Shown one piece after another: positions 1 to 11,988 of a DNA stretch of 64,000 bases; position 1 is the stretch's first letter; the number at the start of each line of letters is the position of its first letter. The notes below the pieces were generated by a model. The model saw nothing but the letters and a program-made list of their open reading frames with translations, did no database searches and was not told the DNA's origin. The stretch covers positions 65,534,001 through 65,598,000 of the forward strand of contig OX597816.1 of NCBI GenBank assembly GCA_951406725.2, given 5' to 3'. Origin of the DNA: Octopus vulgaris (lineage: Eukaryota). The translations under genes and the position numbers were made by a program.

Positions 1-330
1 GCTAGGCTATGGTGACGTAAACACAGCAACATTGGTTGTCAAGCGAGGGTGGGAGGACAAACACAGACACACACACACATCCTATATATATACATACGAT
101 GGGCTTCTTTCAGTTTCGATCTACCAAATCCACTCACAAGGTTTTGGTCGGCCTGAGGCTATAGTAGAAGACACTTGCCCAAGGTACCATGCAGTGAGAC
201 TGAACCCGGAACCAAATAAGCTACATACCACACAGTCACTCCTGTGCCTATATGTTAAGTATTTTAATATTATCTTGACTATCTTATTTACTATCATTTA
301 TTTTACAAAATATTCCTTTCTACTATAGAC

Positions 331-885
331 ACAAGGCCTGATATTTCGGGAGAAGGGGCCAGTCGATTACATCGGCCCCACTAAGCAATAAGTACTTATT
401 TTATCGACTCCGGAAAGAATAAAGGGAAAGTCCACCACCGTGGAATTTGAACTCAGAACGTAAAGACGGACGAAATACCTATTTCTTTACTACCCACAAA
501 GAGCTAAACACAGAGGGGACAAACAAGGACAGACAAGCGGATTGAATCGATTATATCGACCTCAGTGCGTAACTGGTACTTAATTTATCGACCCCGAAAG
601 GATGAAAAGCAAAGTCGACCTCGGCGGAATTTGAACTCAGAACGTGGCGGCAGACAAAATACTTATTTCTTTACTACCCACAAGGGGCTACACACAGAGG
701 GGACAAAGACAGACAAACGGATTAAGTCGATTATATCGACCCCAGTGCGTAACTGGTACTTATTTAATCGACCTCGAAAGGATGAAAGGCGAAGTCGACC
801 TCGGCAGAATTTGAACTCAGAACATAGCAGCAGACGAAATACCGCTGAGCATTTCGCCTGGCGTGCTAAAGATTCTGCTAGCTCT
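331..885 (-). mobile_element. MetaSINE-like tRNA-derived SINE, head-to-tail multimer (family C)
   Basis: B box GAGTTCAAATTCC followed by GACTTTGCCTTTCATCCTTTCGGGGTCGAT..AAGTACCAG, resembling the Meta domain, three times. Other copies at 4618-5050, 8852-9080, 17534-17935, 29958-30330 (+) and 58198-58422. Confidence 0.7.
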
Positions 886-1114
886 TACTTCTTACCACAC
901 AGCCACACCTACACCCATTTGAGCACAAGTGTTTCAGAATACTGCTACACACACCGTACAGAGAGCACAAAATGAGCAGCTTTGTCTGGCAGCAAGTAAA
1001 CCAATATGCCAGCAGACAAGAACCAAAAGTTTGCATGGAATGGTCACATGCTCTGCCACAACTCTTTATCCAAAACTATGCTTCAGGGCATAATTGACGG
1101 TGGGCAAAAGAGAG

Positions 1115-1294
1115 AGGTGTAGGAGTAGCTATGTGATAAGTAGCTTGCTTACGAACCACATAGTTCTGGGTTCAGTCTCACTGTGTGGCACCTTCGGCAA
1201 GTGTCTTCTACTATAGCTTCAGACCGACCAATGCCTTATGAGTGGATTTGGTAGACGGAAATTGAAAGAAGCCCATCATATATATGTATGTATG

Positions 1295-1345
<51 letters not shown>

Positions 1346-1572
1346 GTGCATCTGTATATGTTTATGTGTCTGTGTTTGTCCCACCCCACCCCAACATCAC
1401 TTGACAACTGATGCTGGTGTGTTTACATCCCCATAACTTAGCAGTTCGGCAAAAGAAACTGAAAGAATAAGTACTAGGCTTACAAAGAATAAGTCCTGCA
1501 GTCAATTTGCTCGACTAAAAGGCGGTGCTCCAGCATGGCTACAGTTAAATGACTGAAACAAGTAAAAGAGTA
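1115..1572 (+). mobile_element. tRNA-derived CORE-like SINE with internal (TA)/(TG) microsatellite (family A)
   Basis: A/B-box head, CCTTGGGCAAGTG core-like block and TAAAAGAG tail. About 20 full or partial copies in the window; compatible with the octopus OR2-type CORE-SINE, family not verified. Confidence 0.8.
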
Positions 1573-3151
1573 ATATCATGGACCAGACAGGTCACAACAC
1601 AGCAAACCTGCTATACATGACATAAAACAGAGATCAATGGTGATGGATGGCTGCATCAGTTAAAGGATCTTGATGATGATGATGATGCTTGTATGAAACA
1701 GGCTTCTTTCAGTTTCTGTCTACCAAATCCACTCACAAGGCTTTGGTCTGCTATAGTAGAAAACACTACCACAAAGTGTTACACAGTGGGACTAAACCCA
1801 AAACTACATGATTGAGAAGTAGGCTTCTTAACTATACAGACATGCTTGCACCTCTTGTATGTATAATACTGTAATAACAACTAAGTAGAACAAAGGAAAA
1901 AATCAACATAGTTTATTAGTTTAATATCCAAATATTTATAATTTTCTTGTTTGAAGTTTTATTTATACACAACCAATTTACAAAATTTAAACAAGGAGCT
2001 TTTATATCAGCCAAGATACAAAAATTAACTTTGAATCAAATGAAACTGACTAGCAATGTTTAGATTTTCTTTTAATTTATTTATACAGATCAAATACATG
2101 CATTTAGTTTATTTAAGTTCAGACACAGAATTCAAGGGACATAGGTATATCACAGATGAAGGCAACCATGATATATATTACAGTCAAAAATAACTTAGCA
2201 AATATAATACAAATAAATATATTGTCCACTCTTAAAAGCTATGTTGCATGTTATTTAAATAAATATTATTTACATAAATAAATAGATAAATATTTTTAAA
2301 AAATGAGATTTAATCAGGATTGACAGGATAGGAAGGCAATGCAAATGGCAAGAAAAGTCCTTTCATACGAAAAAAACACTTTTTGAGTAGAAAATATTCC
2401 TTGTTAAATTCAATAAAAACTGTGCATGATAAATATCTATTCTTAGTTATTTTGCTAGATATTGGTTTTCAAGCAATTACATCATAATAGAGATATTTTA
2501 GCCATCTGTAAACATACAAAAATTCTTAAATTCACTTATTAATTATTTCCTGAGGTGTCAGAATTCAGACGGCCACTTTTACAATACAGCTGCTTTAGTT
2601 TCAACACAGAATCTCAGATCAAATCACTTGCCAGACAAGTAAAGCTCTGAACTGGTTTTGATGTTTTACTTTTGTTCCAACCAGCTTTGGTCAAGCAGAA
2701 TGGTAAAAAAAAAAAAAAAAGAGATCATTCTGCTGTTGGTAAATCAAAATTTTAACAAACAAAAACTATTTCTGAGGTACTTTATTTCAATGAGACAAGA
2801 GATGCTGAAAGGACAACCATTTCATTGAATATATTTTAGGTGTGTGTTTGTGATTATAGTATGGAAGACACACATTAAGCCACTCGCACAAACACACACA
2901 CATAAAGACTTGACTTCCATGAGACATTTACGTAATGTCAAAATGTGAAGTCAACAGTCTTTGCTGAGGGAAGCATCAATATCTCATGTAATGGATGGCA
3001 AATATGTGGTTAAAAAGAAACTACATGTAATACCAATATCAATAGTGACAGGATCTCTTGCAATGATCTTAGACAAGAATTGGTATGACAGATGTCATAC
3101 CAACAGTTATAGAAATACTAAGTATAGTCTCTAAAAGACTATGCAAGGTTA

Positions 3152-3344
3152 TCATATTTGATGGTATAAAAGACACATAGGTATATTAGACACATCTTAA
3201 TTTCAGCAGTGCATATTCAGGAGAAAAAAGATTTTAGTGTATTAAACTAGGACATATAGGCCCAACTTTGCATATAGGACCCAAGGTGGTTTCTTGAGAT
3301 ATTTTCTGAAAACAAAAGTGTGTTTTAGACACCACTAAATATTG
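3152..3344. mobile_element. Decayed Tc2/pogo-like MITE (related copy at about 7698-7890)
   Basis: Imperfect inverted termini (catatttgatggtataaaagacac / gtgttttagacaccactaaatattg) and a second similar copy. Confidence 0.45.
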
Positions 3345-3599
3345 TAATTAAAAAGAGTGGTACATAACTAAAATAGGAAGACAGTAATAGTTATAGGAAC
3401 GCTAACTGTAGTCTCTAAAAGACTAAACATGATTAAATAAAGAGATAGACCGAGACCTCTGGAGATATGCTGTGACTGTGAAGACCCGAAGTGAGTTCAT
3501 GGCTCACAGGATGGCCTGCTATGCTTACCTTGGATTGTAGGGCAACCTGCTGTGCTTGAGGAGACCTACTGAGTCAAGTACATCAACATCAAAATAAAA

Positions 3600-3885
3600 T
3601 CAAATGGAAATTGTAGTTGTGAAACCCATGCCGGTGGCACATAAAAAGCACCAACCTATCGTGGCCACTGCCAGCCTCCCCTGGCACCTATGCCGGTGGC
3701 ACATAAAAAGCACCCACTACACTGACGGAGTGGTTGGCGTTAGGAAGGGCATCCAGCTGTAGAAACACTGCCAGATCAGACTGGAGCCTGGTGCAGCCTC
3801 CTGGCTTACCAGACCCCGGTCGAACTGTCCAACCCATGCTAGCATGGAAAACAAACGTTAAACGATGATGATGATGATGATGATA
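3600..3885 (+). mobile_element. 3' end fragment of an RTE-group LINE, (GAT)n tail (family E)
   Basis: Shared block GTGGTTGGCGTTAGGAAGGGCATCCAGCTGTAGAAAC...GTTAAACGATGATGAT. Also at 7010-7640, 8030-8260, 12890-13055, 13343-13600 (-) and 23480-23998. Confidence 0.7.
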
Positions 3886-5508
3886 ACTATGTACCCAAGG
3901 CATTTTACTTGATGCACAGCTGATTTTATCACCTGCCACTCTGTCATCATCATCATTTAACATCCACTTTTCCATGGGTCAGATAGAATCTGTCAGAGAT
4001 TTTCTAATCATATTAAGTGTTTCTTTGTAATGTTCCTGGTAACAGAGATATTGATCCTGTCTCAAATTAACACAAGAGCCAGAAAGATGAGACTGTTCAC
4101 ATCAACCATTAGCTGGAAAGGTTACCATAAAGTAAACACACCTGAATTTTCAAGCAGAAGAGGTTGACATGTGAAAGCAAAGAAAGACTTGTATGGAGAA
4201 GGTTACGGGGGAGAGAGAGCAGCGTGGGAGTCCTTGATTGTTTGCATGGTAAGGGTTGTTACAATTAACAAAAAAATAAATAAAGTGTAAAGGAAAATGG
4301 AAAACAACAGAAAAGAAAGAAAAACTGCAATTATATTGCTACAAAGTAAGAGTAAACTTTTTATAGATATTACAGTAATTAGCCTCTATCGATAATCTTA
4401 AATATCAAAAGGTGATGCAGAGTAGGTGGACGGATGATGGATAGAGGAGATGAATAGAGAAGGAGATGGATACAAGGAACTGCTTGCAGGGTTAATGGAA
4501 ATAATAACGAAGCAGCAGAATTTTAGAAACTGAACCATAATGAAACCAACATCTGTAAATATCCTGCATGCATTAATTATGAACCGATTAACGAGGGGAA
4601 GAGGAGGAGGATAATAATCCTTTCTACTATAGGCACAAGGCCTGAAATTTATGGGGAGGGGTTAAGTCGATTACATCGACCTCAGTACACAGCAGATACT
4701 TAATTTATCAACCCTGAAAGGATGAAAGGCAAAGTCGACCTTGGCAGAATTTGAACTCAGAATGTAGCAGCGGATGAAATACTGCTAAGTATTTCATCCG
4801 GTGTGCTAACAATTCTGCCAGCTTGCTGCCTTAATAATAATCCTTTCTACTGTAGGTGCAAGGCCTGAAGTTTTTTTTGTGTGGGATGGAGGCAGTCAAT
4901 TAGATCAACCCCAGTACGCAACTGGTCCTTAATTTATCAACCCTGAAAGGATGAAAGGCAAAGCTGACCTCAGCAGAATTTGAACTTAGAACTGAGCAAT
5001 GGGCAAAAAACCTCTAAGCATTTTGTCCAGCATGTTAATGATTCTGCCACCAAATAATAATAATGATAATAATAATGCCGCCGCCGCCACTGCCACCAAC
5101 ACCACCAAAAATAATAATAATTTTGGTACAAGGCCAGCAATATTAGGTGCAGGTGGGGTTAATTAATTACATCAACCTCAATACTTTGGCCAGTAGTATA
5201 TTTTATCAACCTCGGAGTAATGGAAAGCAAAGTTGGCTATGGCAGTATTTGAACTCAGAATGTCCAAAAAAATTTGGACTCACAACATTAAGGAAACATA
5301 AGAAAATAAATCAATTAAAAAATACCCCACAAAGCATTTGTCTGTTTCTCTTACCATTTCTACCACTCTTCTGTTCACAATAAAAATATCTGACATCATC
5401 AAAATTTAGAATGGCAAAAAAAAAATAAACAGCTTCCTGAAGAAAGAAATCCATCTGAAATTTCGGTGAAAGAAAAAAAAAAGATATCAAACTAATTTTA
5501 AGAAAATA

Positions 5509-5598
5509 TCATAAGTTCTCCTCCTTTTGATGTAATCCTTGTTGTTGTTGTTCTTTAAGATTTTCTCGTAGTTTTCGCAGATTTATTTTACGGAATCT
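5509..5598 (-). CDS. MLH3: MLH3 last coding exon (RFRKINLRKLRENLKEQQQQGLHQKEENL*)
   Basis: tttcatttttatag acceptor, phase 0; NLxKLR motif as in vertebrate MLH3; TGA at 5511-5509. Confidence 0.8.
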   Translation of the reverse strand, partial: RFRKINLRKLRENLKEQQQQGLHQKEENL

Positions 5599-6420
5599 CT
5601 ATAAAAATGAAAGCAAGAGGTGAGAATATGATTTTACAATTCTAATATCAAAAATTTACATACAGATTTTCATTTTTACAAACTAATTGTCAATGCTCTA
5701 GGCCATGGGTCCTCAACAGGAGTCCATATGACCCGTTAGGGTCCTTGCAAGATTTTGTTGTTAAAAATTATGTGCAATAAATTGGTTATACTTCCACAAT
5801 ACACAAAATATTTTAACAATTCTTTTAATAGAATTCCTAATAATGTGCTAGTAGGGTGCACCATCCGAGCGTGATCATTGCCAGAGCAGCCAACAGGCTT
5901 CCATACCTGTGGAACGTAAAAGGGCACCATTTTTGTTGTTGTCACTTAAAGCATGTTGAACCCATGCTTCATACTTCTGCATATCAAAAGAAAAAATCCT
6001 TCTGATATTTTGATCCAATAAATTAAAGTACTAGGATTGATATATAATCAATTCAAAGCCTCTGAAGGTGATGCCCCAGCATGGCCACAGTCCACTAATC
6101 GAAGCCAGTAAAAAGAAATAAAATGAAAGCATTAATTCATTACAACTTACCAACTCTCACATGCAAACATGCTTACAGACACAAACACACAAACATACAC
6201 ACAAACGCACGCACAAACACTCATATATACACACACATATATACATACATGGAGTTTTCTTGATTAAAATAGTCAAGTAGCTCCTCTTCAGTTTCTGCCT
6301 ACCAAATTCACTCAAAGCACTGGTTGACCAGGGGTTATAATAGAAGACACTTGCTCTATGTGCCACACAGCAAGATTAAACCTGGAAAGCAAGCCTTTCA
6401 AACAGAGAGAGAGAGAGAGA

Positions 6421-6452
<32 letters not shown>

Positions 6453-8799
6453 CAGACAGACAGGCAGAGTAGGAATGTTTACATTCCTAGGCCTTGGATG
6501 AAAGCACTGAACAAAAACCAAATATTTATTGACATTCCCTACCACCAAATCACCCTGTAGTTGTGCTTTCAATGACCTGTGGTAAAGAAAGTCAATTACT
6601 TGAAAAACAGATAAGAATTAGAAACATGGACAGCATCTGGTTGTAAAACGATGCCTCAATTGGTACTCATCCAACAAACACACCCACAGGCACACATGAC
6701 ATTCATATTTCTGGCTCTATTTTACTTTCTTTACAAACAACTTACCGATTTTTCAAGGCTATTTTTAAAATATTGAAGATTAAGCAGAGGGATCATAGAT
6801 GGACGCCCATGAGCACACTGGAATGGTAGTTTACATTTTAGCAGCATCTGCATCAAATCCTTACATTCCTTCAGTGTTAAGACCGTACCAAATTTAATGG
6901 CAGCTGAAAAGAAAACAAAATAAAGAAAAACAATACAATTTTGCAATGCTGTCAAAATTTCAGCAGAGAATATTTTTGAGAGTAAGGACTCAATCCATAA
7001 AAGTAATCTTTGCCGGTGCCACATAAAAGCACCCATGCCAATACCATGTAAAAGTACTTATGCAGGTGTCACACCAAAGACACCCAGCACACTCTGTAAA
7101 GTGGTTAGCATCAGGGAGAGCATTATTAATCTCAAGGAGGCGCAATGGCCCAGTGGTTAGGGCAGTGGACTTGCGGTCGGAGGATTGCGGTTTCGATTCC
7201 CAGACCGGGCGTTGTGTGTGTTTATTGAACGAAAACACCTAAAGTTCCACAAGGCTCTGGCAGGGAGTGGTGGCGACCCCTGTTGTACTCTTTCGCCCCA
7301 ACTTTCTCTCACTCTTTCTTCCTGTTTCTTGTCCCCGACTTCCTACACAACCGCTGAGCCTGGATGCGCATTCATCCATCCGTTGATACTCTCGGTGTCG
7401 GGGGGGTTAACCTGCTTTCTCTTCTGCGGGTCTTACGAATAGCAAAGGACCATGTTTCGGACTTCTCCCATCTTGAGAGCTCTGGGACGAAGACCGTTCG
7501 CTCAACAGCAACAGCATCAATCTCAAGAAACCATGTTAAAACAGACAACTGGAAGTTGGGCAGCTCTCAAGCTGACCAGCTCCTGTCAAACCATCCAATC
7601 CATGCCAGCACAGAAAATGATGTGAAATGATGATAATGATGATTTATTGAACTCCCACACAATTACAGGTCATATTTTGAAAATCTGCTACCGCTACCAT
7701 ATTCGATGGCATAAAAGACATTCAGGCATATAAGATGTGCACCAATTTCAGCAGCATATATTCAAGAATAAAAGCTTTTAGTGCATTAAAGCAATATAGA
7801 CTGAACTTCACATACAGCACCTGGGGTGGTTTTTCTGAGACATTATTTGGGGAGAAAAAAAAGAGCGTCTTATATACCATAAAATGAAGTTTTATGCTGA
7901 AGGACTTTAGTATTTCCACACTGAACTGCAACAGTTCAATAAAGAAAGCAGACATTACTTTTTGCAACCCCTTAATTTCTCCTTACATTTCACAACTTCA
8001 TCAATTTTATTTGCAATTTACTGAGCATGGCTGTTGCCAGTACCGCTTGACTGGCCCTCATGCTGGTGGCACTCTCGGAGTGGTTGGAGTTAGGAAGGAC
8101 ATCCAGCTGTAGAAACTCTGCTAGATCAGATTGGAGCCTGGTGCAGCCATCTGGTTCGCCAGACCTCAGTCAAATCGTCCAACCCATGGAAAGCGGACGT
8201 TAAACGCTAGCATGGAAAGTGGACGTTAAACGATGATGATGATTATGATCATGATGATGACGATCCTTGCATCATATTTCCGATTTCAACAAATAAGGGC
8301 CTTACCTTAAATGTCAGAACCAACCTATTTTCACAGAATCAAAGTTACATAATTTTACAAACAAATTTCATGAATCATTTTTTTTTTTGGCCAAACCAGA
8401 CCATCACTAGTTTCTCTGGACATGGTTCTTCCTAACACCAAACACTTTACTGTGTATATTCAATGCTCTTTTCATGCCACCAACACTAGTATGGTGATCA
8501 AGTTGCAAGACAGGAAAAGAACAGGAAAAAGTGCCCTCAGCTAAGTTGGGAGTCAGAGTATTTGAGAGGGGGAAGTGACTTTATGATAGGTGTTTAGAGG
8601 CTAAATCTTGGGAGACAAACACAGATACGTGCCTGAGGATTGCATGAAGGCACCAGACATGTTATAAAATACCATCTGAGTTGTTTTTGTCACATGAAAC
8701 TATTAGTAAAGAATTATATACTGTACTTATTAAATATTTATCTCTCACCAGATGGAATACTTTTCTTGTTGATCTTCCATCACAAAACAATATGCTATT

Positions 8800-8832
<33 letters not shown>

Positions 8833-11800
8833 AAGGGCCTTCTTTTCATTTCTTATTTCTTTATTGCCCACAATGGGCTAAACATAGGGGGGACAAACAA
8901 GGACAGACAAAGGGATTAAGTCGATTACATCGACCCCAGTGTGTAACTGGTACTTATTTAATCAACCCCGAAAGGATGAAAGGCTAACTTGACCTCGGCG
9001 GAATTTGAACTCAGAACGTAGTGGCAAACGAAATGCCGTTAAGCATTTCAGCCGGCATGCTAACATTTCTGCCAGCTCACCTTCTTTTCGTTTCTGTCTA
9101 CCAAATCCACTTCTATTTTTTTTAAGATAGTAAGATATGACTCAAGTAAAACTTGGCAACTATTATTAACAGACTGAGTAACCACATAGAGCCCCCATCC
9201 CCACACCATCTTCCTCATTAGTTGTGTCCTATACAGGCTTATACAGCAGGCCTAAAAGTACTGCCCCCATAAAAGTATTGCCCAGAGCAGACTGATTCTG
9301 CCCTTCCCCCAGCAATGCTAATGTCATGGCAGATATTTCATTACAATAAAAATAATAAATGTGCCCTTTTAAAGCCTAGCCAGGCTCATGGGCCCGGTTT
9401 CTCGGTTTCAATGGCATAAGTGTTCCCCAGCTTGACGGGACGCCAGTCCATCACAGCGTTACTCATTTTTGCCAGCTGAGTGAACTGGAGCAACGTGAAA
9501 TGAAGTGTTTTGCTCAAGAACACAACGCGTCACCTGGTCCAGGAATCGAAACCACAATCTTACGATCATGATGCTGACACCCTAACCACTGAGTCATGCG
9601 CCTCCACATTTCATTACAATGGTGTGGTTAAAATAGAGGGCTGAATAATTAATGTAATACAGGTGGTGGGAGTGGGTGATTATAACATTTACTTACTGTG
9701 ACAGGCTTGAGAACATAGAACATTATGAATAGTTTTTGGTAGTGATCCTCTGGAACCATGTGTATCTTGGAGAAGCTGAAGAGAGAAATATAAAGGAAGT
9801 AAATTTATTTAACTTTTTACTATTTAACCCTTTAGCATTCGTGGCTGTGTGGTAAGTGGCTTGCATATGAACCACATGGTTCCGGGTTCATTCTCACTGC
9901 ACGCCACCTTGGGCAAGTGTCTCCTACTATAGCCTCGGGCCAACCAAAGCCTTGTGAGTGGATTTGGTAGATGGAAACTGAAAGAAGCCCGTCAAATATA
10001 AGTATATATATGTGTGTGTGTGTATGTGTGTTTGTGTGTCTGTGATTGTCTCTCCAATATCGCTTGACAACCAATGCTGGTGTGTTTACGTCCCCGTAAC
10101 TTAGCAGTTTGGCAAAGTCCTGGGGTCAATTTGCTTGACTGAAGGCGGTGCTCCAGCATGGCCGCAGTCAAATGACTGAAACAAGTAAAAGAGTAAAGAG
10201 AATGTAATGCTTATTTATTCACATTGTTATGCCTTAATCCTGCACTACCGTGCAGCCCTGAGATTTCGTGTGTGTATATATATATATATATGACCAGATG
10301 CCCTTCCTGTTGCCAACCCTCACCTGTTTCCAAGCAAGGGAATACTTCCCAATGGCTGAGTATATTTACATAGAAGATTTGAACCTAAGTACATACACAC
10401 ACACATACATACATATTTGTATAAATAACACACACACTAATATATATATATATATATATATATAATAGGTGCAGGAGTGGCTGTGGTAAGTAGCTTGTTT
10501 ACCAACCACATGGTTACGGGTTCAGTCCCACTGCGTGGCACCTTGGCCAAGTGTTTTCTATTACAGCCTCAGGCCGACCAAAGCCTTGTGAGTGGATTTG
10601 ATAGACGGAAACTGAATATATGTATATATATATGCGTGTGTGTGTTTGTGTGTCTGTGTTTGTCCCCCTAGCATTGCTTGACAACCGATGCTGGTGTGTT
10701 AATGTCCCCGTTACTTAGCGGTTCGGCAAAAGGGACCGATAGAATAAGTACTGGGCTTACAAAAGAATAAGTCCCGGGGTTGAGTTGCTCGATTAAAGGC
10801 GGTGCTCCAGCATGGCCACAGTCAAATGACTGAAACAAGTAAAAAGAGAAAAAGAGAGAGAGAAAGATATATATATACATCACTAAAGTGACAAAGAGCA
10901 CTAATCAACACCAGTATTGCTAGAACTAAGAGTCAAAACAACTCAAAAGCCACAGAAGCATTACCTTAATAACAGATACAGCCAGATCATCTATGATTTT
11001 GCTCATCTTAATGTTCATCAGTGGCAGACACCCATAAAATTATCAACCATCGCACAAACAATAACTCTGAGCACCTCTTCAAACTCCACCCATCTAACAC
11101 CTGTGAACATATTTACAAAGTAAGAAAACAGCACAGCTCCCATGACTTCAGGAAACATTTTTTCACGCTGAGAGTTGCTGAAGCATGGAACAAACTGCCG
11201 GCATCGGTTGTTAGTTGTCGGAGCACTGCATCCTTCAAAACTTCCATGCTTCCTGAGATTCGCCAACACTACACTTGATTTTCTCCCCTCCATACACACA
11301 CAAGCATGTATCTGACTCATACATTGTTCGCTTTCCAGACATTTCTACATTACTGCATGTACTTTATATGCACTTTCTGACAAGTTGTGGTGCACCTGAG
11401 CACTGTATACAATAATTTCATTATTATTTCATGCCTAGGGTTAAACTCAACTCACTGACTTTATAAATGGTAAAATTGAAAATTATATATAATATGGGTG
11501 GTTAATTTGAAATTTTACAACCTAAAGGTAGAAATATAAACATCACTAATAGAGGCCATTGTCACTTTAGTGCCGTACATATTTCTACCTTTAGGTTGTA
11601 AAATTGCGATTTAACCACCCATATCAAATATATATATACACATGGATGTATACACACAAACCCATATATATATACACACACACACACACATATGTATGTA
11701 TACACACTCATATATATATATATATATATATAAATGGAGTTAAACACAGGTGTTATTCAAAATATAAAATAATTCACATAAACCCGAAGTTTCTACCTTT

Positions 11801-11913
11801 AAAAACAAGGAGTTACAACCTTTTTGTTCGTGTGATTTTTTTGCTACCCTGGTAACTATATATCTATTTTTTCTGTGTTAATTGTTAACAAGGGAAAAAT
11901 ACACACATCTATT

Positions 11914-11988
<75 letters not shown>

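Noticed and set aside
32-975. Recurrent short ORFs such as YDGLLSVSIYQIHSQGFG and RPRKDERQSRPRQNLNSE as a gene family
   Set aside because: They are translations of SINE families A and C.
7137-7215. tRNA gene
   Set aside because: The tRNA-like head continues into a SINE body with a tail and TSD, and has a second dispersed copy.
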